Virus record (IMG/VR): IMGVR_UViG_3300034120_000663
Origin: an uncultured virus (IMG/VR IMGVR_UViG_3300034120_000663)
Lineage: Duplodnaviria; Heunggongvirae; Uroviricota; Caudoviricetes
Length of the DNA stretch: 64,000 bases
Reading direction: 5' to 3' (one strand)
The notes below the pieces were generated by a model, which did not search any database, was not told where the DNA came from, and saw only the letters and a program-made list of their open reading frames with translations. Below, one piece after another: positions 37,124 through 46,951 of this stretch. How positions within the stretch are numbered: the first letter of the stretch is position 1; every line of letters begins with the position of its first letter. The translations under genes and the position numbers were made by a program.

Positions 37124-37836
37124 TGACAGCACCTGTCGGATTCCTTCTTGCAGAAGACGCTGCTGTTAAGTTGCGATTCTCCAACATCAAGGTCACTGAT
37201 GACCGCAATGCTCAACGCCCTGTGCAGGTGTTCTACCGCTATCCAGACAACGAGACTGAACGCAACTACCCGTTCATCACCATTGAGAACATCGACATTT
37301 CTCATGCTCGTCAGCGTCAGCACTCTGAGGCGAGGGTCTACACACCTAACCCCTACTCAGCGTCATCAGCCACGGCACCTGATGCGCTGACATATTGGCC
37401 GAGTACGTCTGCTGACCTTGGAGCAAGCGCTGGTGCTGGTCTTGTCGCTTACTCTGGGTGGGACTTCGTTCCAGTCGATCTTCTGTATCAGGTGTCGACT
37501 TTTGCAAGAACTGCTCTGCATGATCGACAACTGACTTCTCAAATGTTAGGATCTATTACGCCATTCCGTTACGGGTACCTACACGTAGAAACGGATGACA
37601 CGATTCGTCGCTTCGATCTCCTAGATTGGGTTACTGCCGATCTTCTAGATCCAGAGGCGGGGTATAGGAAACGTATATTCCGAAAGGTGTATACTATCCA
37701 AGTATCAGCAGAACTGCCTTACTCGCAGTTCTATCAAGTAAAACGAGTAGACCAAGTCGCGGGTTCGTTGACTTCTTCCGTACCACAAACAGGTTCTATC
37801 AGCCGCTCTCCTTACACAATTACGGAGGAATTCTAA
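37123..37836 (+). CDS. Tail terminator/completion protein
   Basis: YPFITI, PVDLLYQV; directly before the sheath. Confidence 0.6.
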   Translation: MTAPVGFLLAEDAAVKLRFSNIKVTDDRNAQRPVQVFYRYPDNETERNYPFITIENIDISHARQRQHSEARVYTPNPYSASSATAPDALTYWPSTSADLGASAGAGLVAYSGWDFVPVDLLYQVSTFARTALHDRQLTSQMLGSITPFRYGYLHVETDDTIRRFDLLDWVTADLLDPEAGYRKRIFRKVYTIQVSAELPYSQFYQVKRVDQVAGSLTSSVPQTGSISRSPYTITEEF

Positions 37837-39410
37837 TGCCCTTCTCAGTTCCAGGCGTATACGTATCAGAAGCGCCTTTCAAGGCACGTGCAACTACTCG
37901 CGCCTCTGGCGCAACTGCTGCTGCCTTCATTGGTAAGAGTCTTCGTGGTACGGTAACCGAACCAGTTCTAGTCCGTTCATGGCCCGAGTACCGGGCACAG
38001 TACGGTGATCTAGACAACTCGTACGATCTCGGGTTCGCTCTGTATCAGTACTTCGCTAACGGCGGTCGTGACGCCTACGTAGTACGTGCCTACGGCAGCA
38101 ACTCAACCGCAGCATCAGCAACCATCACGTACAGCCGTGTCCCTGCTACAGGTGCATCCGCTACCGGCGTTCTGATGACGCTGGATGCCCGTAACCCCGG
38201 CGACTGGGGCAACACTGCTAACACGGCAGTCGGTGGCGGTCTTATCTGCCAGGTGACCGCTGGTAGCACCCTTACGCCCACCTCTAGCCCAGCGACTACT
38301 GTCGCTACGTTCAACCTGCGCATCCTCGTAGGCGGCAACACGGCAACAGGTACTGAGGTGGAGTTCTGGCCAGATCTCAGCCCAGATCCTAACTCCAGTC
38401 GCTATGCGCCTACGATTCTGAACACGTACTCAAACTACGTCCGTGTTCGTTCTGGCCAGGTCGACATCGCTCCGTTCGTGGGTGCTACTACTGGCGCTCT
38501 GACGTTCTCAAGCACTGGCCTCTTCACTGGCGGCAGTATTCAAGATGCCGACGCTGACGCAGCAGCCTACGGTCGTGCACTTGACCTGCTGGACACGATC
38601 AATGACTCACTGCTCATCAACGTGGTTGGTAAGTCGGATACGACTACAGTCAACTTGGCGCTTACTAAGGCCCAGACTCGTGGCACCTCATTTGTGATCA
38701 TCGATCCAAACCCAGCCTCCACGACAACTGTTGCCATCAGCAACGCTGTGGCTTCATACAGCCCCAAAGGCTGGGGCGCTCCGTACTACGGCATGCTCAC
38801 GATGGTAGACCCATCAAAGTCAGGTATCGGCGCTGTCCGAAACACATATCCTGGTGGTGCTGTTGCTGGTCTGTACGTCCGTACCGAGATCGAACGCACT
38901 GTGGCTAAGCCACCGGCTGGCTACAACGCAGACATCCGTAACGCTCTTGGTACCGTGCTGAATCTCACCGAGAACGACATCGGTACCCTGTACAACTCTG
39001 GCGTTAACGCCTTCAAGGCGATCCCAGGTGCTGGCGTTGTCGTTCTTGGTGCACGCACGCTGGAAACCAGCAAGCCAGACAAGTACATCAGCATCCGTCG
39101 CTCACTCAACTACGTGAAGCAGCGGTCGATTGAAGTTACTCGCTTCGCTGTGTTTGAGCCAAACGATCAGCGCCTGTGGAACGCCATCAACGTGCGCCTT
39201 GGTTCGATGCTCACCGATTTCTGGGGTGCAGGCGGTCTCAAGGGCCGTAGCCCTGGCGAGGCGTTCTTCGTGGTGTGCGACGAGACCGTCAACACCCCGG
39301 CAGTAATCGACTCTGGTGAGGTGCGCGTACAGGTCGGTGTTGCGCTCCAGTATCCAGGCGAGTTCGTAGTCATCACAATCAGCCAGTTGGCTGGCGGAAT
39401 TAGCGAATAG
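37836..39410 (+). CDS. Tail sheath protein
   Basis: PGVYVSE, YFANGG, KPPAG, GARTL, FAVFEPN, AFFVVCD, PGEFVVI. Confidence 0.95.
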   Translation: MPFSVPGVYVSEAPFKARATTRASGATAAAFIGKSLRGTVTEPVLVRSWPEYRAQYGDLDNSYDLGFALYQYFANGGRDAYVVRAYGSNSTAASATITYSRVPATGASATGVLMTLDARNPGDWGNTANTAVGGGLICQVTAGSTLTPTSSPATTVATFNLRILVGGNTATGTEVEFWPDLSPDPNSSRYAPTILNTYSNYVRVRSGQVDIAPFVGATTGALTFSSTGLFTGGSIQDADADAAAYGRALDLLDTINDSLLINVVGKSDTTTVNLALTKAQTRGTSFVIIDPNPASTTTVAISNAVASYSPKGWGAPYYGMLTMVDPSKSGIGAVRNTYPGGAVAGLYVRTEIERTVAKPPAGYNADIRNALGTVLNLTENDIGTLYNSGVNAFKAIPGAGVVVLGARTLETSKPDKYISIRRSLNYVKQRSIEVTRFAVFEPNDQRLWNAINVRLGSMLTDFWGAGGLKGRSPGEAFFVVCDETVNTPAVIDSGEVRVQVGVALQYPGEFVVITISQLAGGISE

Positions 39411-39421
39411 GAGTACCCATC

Positions 39422-40063
39422 ATGGCTGTAACTGTTACACGCACTGACCCTCTTCGGAACTTTAAGTTCACCGTGGAGATCATTCCCAAGGCTGGGGGCA
39501 ACACCGACGATGATCTGTTCGGTCTTGGCAACTCCAGTGCACTCACAATCGGCTTTGCAGCGGTGTCTGGGGTCAGCGTGACCAACCAAGTCATCCCGTA
39601 CCGCGAGGGTGGCATGAACACGCACACGCACAAGATGGTTGGCATGAGCGACTTCGCTCCTGTCACCTTCAGTCGTGGTGTGTTCGCTGGTCAGGGACAA
39701 CTGTGGCGTTGGCAGCAGTTCATGCACCAGTGGAACCAGGGCAACCCTGACATTGGTTCAGTGGGGTCTGACACCGACTATCGGTGCGACATCCTTGTGT
39801 ACGTGCACGATCACCCTGTCACCACTAACGCTGCTACGTACAACAACGACGCTTCGATGCCTTACTCATCAGGTGTGTTCCCTGGCGCAAAGAAGTTGGC
39901 GTACCGTCTGTACAACTGCTGGCCTGGTGGCTACGCCCTTGGCGACCTCGGGGCTGGAGAAAGCAGCATCCTCGTACAGCAACTCACTGTTCACCACGAG
40001 GGTTACACCCTTGCATGGGAAACAAGCGAGATCAACGCCCTCGCTACCGTACTGAACGCGTAA
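39422..40063 (+). CDS. Tail tube protein (T4 gp19-like)
   Basis: DPLRNFKFTV, YREGG, VTFSRG, LYNCWP, LTVHHEG. Confidence 0.92.
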   Translation: MAVTVTRTDPLRNFKFTVEIIPKAGGNTDDDLFGLGNSSALTIGFAAVSGVSVTNQVIPYREGGMNTHTHKMVGMSDFAPVTFSRGVFAGQGQLWRWQQFMHQWNQGNPDIGSVGSDTDYRCDILVYVHDHPVTTNAATYNNDASMPYSSGVFPGAKKLAYRLYNCWPGGYALGDLGAGESSILVQQLTVHHEGYTLAWETSEINALATVLNA

Positions 40064-40089
40064 TCAACAACTAATAGGAGCAGAATAAG

Positions 40090-40884
40090 ATGAACCCATC
40101 TGATCTTGATGCGGTAAACAAAGTCATTGACGAGGCGTCGAAAGAGCCAGTTCCCCGTATTTCAGGTAGTCCAAACTGCGACGCTACGTTGCTGATGGGG
40201 CTACAGGACAAGAACGGGGACTGGCACGTCAACGCTGTAGTCAGAGAGATGACAGGTGAAGACGAAGAGCACCTGTCTCATCTTGAGACACGAGACAACC
40301 TGTCGTACGCCGACTACATGACTGAACTCCTCTCTAGGACAGTTGTGTCAATTGGCCCAGCAGAGAGTTGGTCACCAACACTGATCGACTCACTTGTTAC
40401 CGCTGATCGCGACATCCTCTTCATCGCCACTATTCGTGCCACGTACGGAGATCAGCGGGAGTTTCGACTGAAGTGCTCCCAGTGTGGAGGAAGTAACGAC
40501 GTAAATGTCGATCTGGTTGATGGGTTCCCGGTCCTCGGCACTACCGAGCAAATCCGCTCAAAGCGGGAAGTAACCCTTCGGTCAGGCGCAACTGTGACGG
40601 TGTCACACCCGACAGGAGCAGACAGCCGTTACGTCGCTAAGCACGCCAAGACGACTGCCGAGCAGAACACGACGCTCATCGCACGCTGCTGCGATGTGAG
40701 TACACAAGTACCAAACAAGGTGGAGTGGGCCAAGAAACTTGGCATCGCAGACCGTAACGCCATCATCAAGGTTCTCTTTGGTGACAAGTTCGGTCCTCAG
40801 ATTGAGGAGGTGAACGCCCCGTGCGGACATTGCGACGAAAACATTTCGTTCACTGTCGACTGGGTGTCCCTTCTATTTGGCTGA
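40090..40884 (+). CDS. Tail assembly chaperone / T4 gp26-like baseplate hub assembly protein
   Basis: VREMTGEDEE, DRDIL...IRATYG, two CxxC. Confidence 0.75.
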   Translation: MNPSDLDAVNKVIDEASKEPVPRISGSPNCDATLLMGLQDKNGDWHVNAVVREMTGEDEEHLSHLETRDNLSYADYMTELLSRTVVSIGPAESWSPTLIDSLVTADRDILFIATIRATYGDQREFRLKCSQCGGSNDVNVDLVDGFPVLGTTEQIRSKREVTLRSGATVTVSHPTGADSRYVAKHAKTTAEQNTTLIARCCDVSTQVPNKVEWAKKLGIADRNAIIKVLFGDKFGPQIEEVNAPCGHCDENISFTVDWVSLLFG

Positions 40885-41026
40885 TCCTGTGTCTAACTAC
40901 TGGGAATACGAACTGATCGCCTCCGTATACAACGGTTTCAACTTCAAAGAACTTCAAGGCATGACCGTGCGCCAGCGTCGCTACTGGTATGAAATGGCGA
41001 AATGGCGCAGTAACGTCGGAGGCTAG
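40877..41026 (+). CDS. Small tail-chaperone partner ORF (not in ORF track)
   Basis: YWEYELIASVYNGFNFKELQGMTVRQRRYW in the +1 frame, between chaperone and tape measure. Confidence 0.6.
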   Translation: MADPVSNYWEYELIASVYNGFNFKELQGMTVRQRRYWYEMAKWRSNVGG

Positions 41027-41029
41027 TAC

Positions 41030-43759
41030 GTGGAAAACGAAGACCAATCATCGTCTAATGCCCTCGGGATGCACTTTAAGTCCCTCAAGGCAGCATTTAA
41101 GGTCGATTCGTCTGCCGTAACGTCTCTGAACAAAGACTTCAAGACTCTGCACGAGACGCTTGTTGGTGTACGTAAGGAACTTGAAACTATCTCCAAGTTG
41201 TCCGTTAGTGCCAAAGGCGCTATTCAAGGACAAGGAGCGCAAGACTCAAGCAACCCACACTCCAAGATGGCCGCTATGGCGGCTAAGGCGGCTGGTCAGG
41301 GTGCTCCTACTCCAGCAGTAGGTGGCGGTGCTGGTGGAGGAATCGCCTCAGCGATTTCCGCTGCCGGTGGTGGAGGCGGTGGTGGTGGAGCAGCCGTCGC
41401 TGCGAACATCATTGGAAGCCTAGCGTCGGCCATCGGCAAGGCCGTGGATAGTCGTATCCAGTCTGGGTATCAGTACTCACTGTCTGCCGACAAGATGAAC
41501 ATGCTCTACCAGCAGACGACTGGTATGAGTCAGTTGGACGTTCAGTCGACGTACCGTCAGCCACTGACCGACTACCGCCTTGGTGTGGGCGGAATCAACG
41601 AGGTGCTTGCTCTCCAGGCAAGTACTGGATTATCGCAGCAGGCATCGTCATTTGACGCCCTACGAACCATGTCTGGGTTCGGGTACTCCACTGCCGACAC
41701 CGCTGCAATGGCTAAGGCAATGGCATCTCCCACTGCCGTGAACCGCATGTTCTTCACCACTGGCATGTCGATGTACGGCATCGGTGGCAAAGAGAACGAC
41801 ATGATGTCGGTAATTCAGAACCTCGTGCAGGCAACTGGCATGACCAACGAGACGGTACTGAAGGGCGCAAAGCAGCAAGGCTCTGTTACCCGTCAACGGC
41901 TGGCGTTCTCAGGTCTCCCTGAAGACATGCAGGACGTGGTGATCCAGTACGCAGAAGCCAACCTTGCGTACAAGGAGAAGGGCGGCACGGGGATGTACAA
42001 CCCCGGTGACCGATCACAGCAGAAGTTGATGGGCATCAGTGAGAACTTCGCACTTCAGCAAGAAGAAACACAGCGAACACAGGCTGAGCGCGAGGAAAAC
42101 TTCTACCGCCGTCAGGCAGACAACTTCGCTGATCTGGAGAAGAAGACTCAGTCACTGACTCGTATGTTTGGAGCGCTTGAAGAGAGGCTCAGCGGTCTTC
42201 TTGGTGAGCAGATCAGCAACAAGCCGTACATGGACATGGCTAAGCCTGCTATGGGGGCTGCTGGTACTGGACTACTGGCTGCCGGTGCTGCCCTCACCTT
42301 CGGTACAGGTGGGGCTGGCGCTATTGCTGGTATCCCTATGATGATCGGCGGCGGGATTCTCTCGTTCCTGGCTGGTGACCCAGAAGAGAAGCCCAGCAAC
42401 GCTGCTGCAAATGCCACACCAAACATCTCTGTTCCTACATACGGTAAGCCCACGACTATCTCTGGCCTTGCCAGCATGTCATCGTTCAAGAGCCTCCACC
42501 CGACGTTCAAGAACCGCCTGCTCTCCCTCATCCAGGCATCAGGTGGACGTGTTGGGTTCGGGCAGGGCAAGCGCGCCTCCTCTGATCAGCGTGCTCTGTT
42601 CCTGTCCCGCTACACCCCGACCAGCGAAGACACGGGCATTGTCTTTGAGGGGAAGAACTGGAAGAAGAATCCAGGGGTTGCACCCGCTGCACCTCCTGGT
42701 AGGTCGATGCACGAAGTCGGTCTTGCTGCTGACCTAGTTGGCGACATGGGTTGGTTGGAGCAGAACGCCTCTCGCTTCGGGCTGAAGACGTTCGGTGATG
42801 TTAACAACGAGCCGTGGCACGTTCAGCCATCGGAACTTCCAAACTCACGTCGTGAATACGAGCAAATGGGGGCAGCGTGGGGGTCTGACGGAAAGTACAA
42901 CGAGGACGCATCGTTCTCCAGCGAACCTGTCGGTGGCACTACGCACAAGTCTAGTGAGCACGGGGTTGGCGACACGTCCATCGGTGGCGTCTCTCTCCGT
43001 ACGTACGACGGCGTTTCAATCGACCAGAAGATCGCCCAATTCCAGGCTGACTCTTTCGTTAGTTTCATGACTAAGTCTGGACAGGCCAGGGAGATCCGCT
43101 CAGGTGGTTCGGTCGCCTCAGCAAACAGCGTCCCCATCGTTCCCTCATCTGGATCGATGTCTGGTGACGACATCGTTCGTCTCATGATGACTAAGGGCGG
43201 ATGGTCTGGCCAAGACCTCGTCAAAGCAGTTGGTATTTCGCACCGTGAAAGCCGCTGGAACCCTAAAGTACTTAATCCTAACAAGGGCACAGGGGACACG
43301 TCGTACGGGCTGTTCCAGATCAACATGCTTGGCAGTCTTGGGCCATCTCGTCGTAAGTGGTTCGGAATCCCTAATGACGAATCGCTATACGACCCGTCAG
43401 TAAACGTTAGCGCTGCTCGCAAGATGTTCGACTCTAGGGCAAAGACCAACGGAAATGGCTGGTACGACTGGGGGCCGTATAAGGGCAAGCCAGAGACGTT
43501 CAACGTAGACATGGGTGCTGCTGCTGCCACTGTGGAGAGTTACAAGCGTCGTAACTCTGGTGACCCTGTTGAGATGAGTGGACGTTCCGGCAGAGGTGGG
43601 TCGTACACGTCTATTCAAGGAGGTAGTACCATCAACATCGCCCCAACAATCAACCTTATTGGCGGTTCGTCCGCACGAGGTGACGCAGAGGCAATCGCTG
43701 ACGAGTTGACTCGTCTACTCAAAGACAGTGACCTATTGGCCTCAGTAAGGGGTAGTTAA
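41030..43759 (+). CDS. Tape-measure protein with M15 peptidase and lytic transglycosylase domains
   Basis: SMHEVGLAADL...EPWHVQ; RESRWNP...SYGLFQIN. Confidence 0.85.
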   Translation: MENEDQSSSNALGMHFKSLKAAFKVDSSAVTSLNKDFKTLHETLVGVRKELETISKLSVSAKGAIQGQGAQDSSNPHSKMAAMAAKAAGQGAPTPAVGGGAGGGIASAISAAGGGGGGGGAAVAANIIGSLASAIGKAVDSRIQSGYQYSLSADKMNMLYQQTTGMSQLDVQSTYRQPLTDYRLGVGGINEVLALQASTGLSQQASSFDALRTMSGFGYSTADTAAMAKAMASPTAVNRMFFTTGMSMYGIGGKENDMMSVIQNLVQATGMTNETVLKGAKQQGSVTRQRLAFSGLPEDMQDVVIQYAEANLAYKEKGGTGMYNPGDRSQQKLMGISENFALQQEETQRTQAEREENFYRRQADNFADLEKKTQSLTRMFGALEERLSGLLGEQISNKPYMDMAKPAMGAAGTGLLAAGAALTFGTGGAGAIAGIPMMIGGGILSFLAGDPEEKPSNAAANATPNISVPTYGKPTTISGLASMSSFKSLHPTFKNRLLSLIQASGGRVGFGQGKRASSDQRALFLSRYTPTSEDTGIVFEGKNWKKNPGVAPAAPPGRSMHEVGLAADLVGDMGWLEQNASRFGLKTFGDVNNEPWHVQPSELPNSRREYEQMGAAWGSDGKYNEDASFSSEPVGGTTHKSSEHGVGDTSIGGVSLRTYDGVSIDQKIAQFQADSFVSFMTKSGQAREIRSGGSVASANSVPIVPSSGSMSGDDIVRLMMTKGGWSGQDLVKAVGISHRESRWNPKVLNPNKGTGDTSYGLFQINMLGSLGPSRRKWFGIPNDESLYDPSVNVSAARKMFDSRAKTNGNGWYDWGPYKGKPETFNVDMGAAAATVESYKRRNSGDPVEMSGRSGRGGSYTSIQGGSTINIAPTINLIGGSSARGDAEAIADELTRLLKDSDLLASVRGS

Positions 43760-45558
43760 TGTCGTACCGTGACAGCCAGTTCTACAAGTTCCCTGTAGGG
43801 GAGCGAAACAGCGCCACGGACAACCCTCCCTTCGCCTATCCAGGTGGGACTGCTCAGACATTCACAAAGTCGGGCACTAAGAAGGTTCAACGTGGGTTCA
43901 TCAAGTCGCTGATGGGTGGCAACTCTGCGATCTTCCAGAACCTGGGGATTGACGAGACGCAAGCAAACAGCCCAGTGTTCAACAAGCGGATGTGGTTCCA
44001 GTTCAACCCTGAGACGCTCTCTCAAGACGTATCAATGTCAGAGGGGTTGACGAACCCTTACCTTCAGGACGCTGGCCAGTTCACGCAGCCCGTTGCTGCT
44101 ATGCAGAACTTCTCGTTCAACATCCTTCTTGACCGGCAGTTTGAAATGAACCGCAGGTCGCAATCAGTTGCTCCTGACTCTCCCTACTTCACCGGGCCTA
44201 ACGCAGTGACTAACGACCCGATCTTTACGTCTACTGATCCTGGCGACATTGGTGTACTCGCAGACTTAAAGGTGCTTTTTGCCATCATTGGTCAAGGACT
44301 ATCCAGCGAGCAAGTAACGTTCTTTAAGAAGTTGGCAGAACTACAGTCTGCAACGTCTAGGGACACATCAGAGTCGACCGACCAACTTCTTGATGAAAAT
44401 GGAACACCAGTAACTCCTGGTAGCGGTTTCACATTTGCTGACGGCAGGAACTCCCTGGACAGCAACATCAACCTGGGCAACTTCGCTTTCTTGTCCACAC
44501 TTCCTGTCCGTGTCGTGTTCTCATCACTGTTCATGGTGGATGGTTTCATCACCCGCAGCAGTGTGCTCTACACGAAGTTCAATGCAAACATGGTTCCGGT
44601 GCAGTGCACTGTCAACCTACAGATGCAGGCAACGTACATTGGGTTTGCACGTCAGGACACAATCCTGACCGAGGCGCTCAAGGTCGTGAAACCTACGTCT
44701 GTTGCTGCTTCTGATCCAGGTGCTGACACAGGTACACCAGCGCCATCGCTTGATGGGTCACCGGAGGATAGACAACTACTAAAGAAGTGGCTTACTACAG
44801 GGATTCTTCGTCAATTCAGACTTCGTGTGTACGCTGGTGGCGGCGACCACGCATGGGGTGACGGTCCTCCTAGTTCTGCTACTTTTTCTATTGACAATGG
44901 GTTCAAAGAGCGGATCTGTGGTGATTCATCACTAGGACTTGTGTACGGATTTAAGTACGCACCATCATCGTACAAAGACGATGAAATCTACAATTACATG
45001 AACGACAAGACAGGCGATGTAGCCATCAGTTACAGTTGGGATATCTCTGTGTACAGAGAACCTTTCGGTACTGAAACGGCAAGCCCTGACATCGACACGT
45101 CAGTTACCGATGGTTACAGTCTTCTAATCTGGAGACTTACCCGATCATCGATCAACGCTGATGGTATGGATGGGGCAGATACCGCCACGACACCGTCACA
45201 GTACGATGCACTAAGGCGGGTACTGGACGAGAATGTCAACCCAGATAATAGTGGCATGCGTAAACCGGGATGGGCAGGGAATCGTTTGGGGTCAGACTTC
45301 TGGTTATCGCAAGCGACTGCTACGGAACTATACGGCGGAGTGAGTCCTAAAAAGAAGATCAAGGTAGTACTCACATTCAACATGACAGCGTCGGTTGCCT
45401 CGCCAGGCAAGTCGCCGTCAACGTGGTCCCTTCCTACAATTAGAAAGACTCAGTACGCATCACCGTACCGTCTGTTTCTTGAATGGGACTTTGATACCAA
45501 CCCACCACCGCGAGACACCCCGAGTGGTATACCAGGATTGTGGGGTCCGAGGTCGTAA
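43759..45558 (+). CDS. Baseplate/tube-initiator protein
   Basis: FQFNPETL, FNILLDR, YTKFNANMVP. Confidence 0.65.
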   Translation: MSYRDSQFYKFPVGERNSATDNPPFAYPGGTAQTFTKSGTKKVQRGFIKSLMGGNSAIFQNLGIDETQANSPVFNKRMWFQFNPETLSQDVSMSEGLTNPYLQDAGQFTQPVAAMQNFSFNILLDRQFEMNRRSQSVAPDSPYFTGPNAVTNDPIFTSTDPGDIGVLADLKVLFAIIGQGLSSEQVTFFKKLAELQSATSRDTSESTDQLLDENGTPVTPGSGFTFADGRNSLDSNINLGNFAFLSTLPVRVVFSSLFMVDGFITRSSVLYTKFNANMVPVQCTVNLQMQATYIGFARQDTILTEALKVVKPTSVAASDPGADTGTPAPSLDGSPEDRQLLKKWLTTGILRQFRLRVYAGGGDHAWGDGPPSSATFSIDNGFKERICGDSSLGLVYGFKYAPSSYKDDEIYNYMNDKTGDVAISYSWDISVYREPFGTETASPDIDTSVTDGYSLLIWRLTRSSINADGMDGADTATTPSQYDALRRVLDENVNPDNSGMRKPGWAGNRLGSDFWLSQATATELYGGVSPKKKIKVVLTFNMTASVASPGKSPSTWSLPTIRKTQYASPYRLFLEWDFDTNPPPRDTPSGIPGLWGPRS

Positions 45559-45806
45559 TGGCAACATCGTCACGGTACAAGACATCGTACGCTCAAGACG
45601 CTACGACCACCATCTCTGTTCGATCCTCTACGTACCCTACAAGGTACACGTATCACGTATCGTCTGACGGTGAGTCCTTTGAATCCATCGCTACTTGGGC
45701 GTTTGGCGACCCAGAGCGGTGGTGGGAGATTGCCGACATCAACTCTCAAGTGCGCTACCCAAACTTCATTCCAACTGGAACTATCATCAGGATTCCATCC
45801 TCGTGA
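45558..45806 (+). CDS. LysM/tail-X-like baseplate protein
   Basis: GESFESIA...WWEIADIN...GTIIRIP. Confidence 0.8.
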   Translation: MATSSRYKTSYAQDATTTISVRSSTYPTRYTYHVSSDGESFESIATWAFGDPERWWEIADINSQVRYPNFIPTGTIIRIPSS

Positions 45807-46951
45807 TCTTCCGTGGACGCCTGAAGAGTTCACCTGTAATCGACGTTACCTTTGATGGTATTTCCATGAACTACCAATCAATCGGTAAAGTCGAACTTAT
45901 GCTTGACGAGAACAAGCACGACACGCTCATTGTGACTATCCGTGGCATGAGTCCAAGGCTTCTGGTAGAGATGATCAACGTGCCTATCAAGGCTACGTGG
46001 TATGTCGGCAGCACAGGTCACACGTTCATCGGCTACGTCTACAGCGTCAACCCTCAGACAGTGTCCAAAGAAGGACTTGTAAACAACAGCCCATTTCAGC
46101 GGGCAGATGTCGTTTGCCTTGGTGCCTCATCCGCTATGCGTGGCAAGCAGACTCGCGTATGGTCCGACGTGTCACTAAACACGATTGTGTCAAAGATTGC
46201 TGAGGACTACCGCATTTCGTACTCAGTGCCTAGCGTGACTCCTACGTTCCAGCGCCTATTTCAGGACGGCAAGTCTGACTGGGAGTTTCTCGTAAATACA
46301 TGTACGGACGTAGGTCTGTCTGTGACTATGCACGGTACGCACCTAACTCTTTGGGACAACGTGCGGTATCTGGCTCGCCGCTCCTCATACCATGAGATCC
46401 TCTCACTACGCACACCCGCTGCTCGTACTGTTGATGCGCCAGGCAGGATTCTGGACTTTAGTGCTTCTCTGAAGACCAACTCTGGCGTCGTAGCCTCTGG
46501 TGTAGACCGCAGTGGAACGGTGTTCTCTAGCGTTGGTCCCTACCCCGCTAACACTGGGGCGGGCAGGGAAGCAACGTCTACCTGGGTTGACACTATTCCT
46601 ATCAACTTCAGCGAGTTCGACCTAGCCGACTCTGTTATCCGCTCAGCAAACACCAGAACGTTCCCGTTTACTGCTGAAGCCACTGTTACAGGTATCGCTG
46701 GGTGCATCCCCGGTGGGATTGTCAATGTCGTTGACTTCGGGTCAGATATTGACGGACTTTGGTGCGTGTCTGGTGTAAAGCACGTCGCCATGAACGACAG
46801 GTTCATTACCAAACTTTCTCTTGCTAGTTTTACGCACAACGCCGATCCGGTCGATCTTCCTCCGTCCATTTCTCTTCTAGAGCCGCCTACCAGCACGTTG
46901 GTAGAGGGATCGTGGGTATCATCCCTAATGATGAGTGAGACGTATGCTTAA
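45803..46951 (+). CDS. Baseplate hub protein (gpD/gp27-like)
   Basis: FIGYV, IVSKIA, QDGKSDWEFL, GLWCV..VKH. Confidence 0.8.
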   Translation: MIFRGRLKSSPVIDVTFDGISMNYQSIGKVELMLDENKHDTLIVTIRGMSPRLLVEMINVPIKATWYVGSTGHTFIGYVYSVNPQTVSKEGLVNNSPFQRADVVCLGASSAMRGKQTRVWSDVSLNTIVSKIAEDYRISYSVPSVTPTFQRLFQDGKSDWEFLVNTCTDVGLSVTMHGTHLTLWDNVRYLARRSSYHEILSLRTPAARTVDAPGRILDFSASLKTNSGVVASGVDRSGTVFSSVGPYPANTGAGREATSTWVDTIPINFSEFDLADSVIRSANTRTFPFTAEATVTGIAGCIPGGIVNVVDFGSDIDGLWCVSGVKHVAMNDRFITKLSLASFTHNADPVDLPPSISLLEPPTSTLVEGSWVSSLMMSETYA

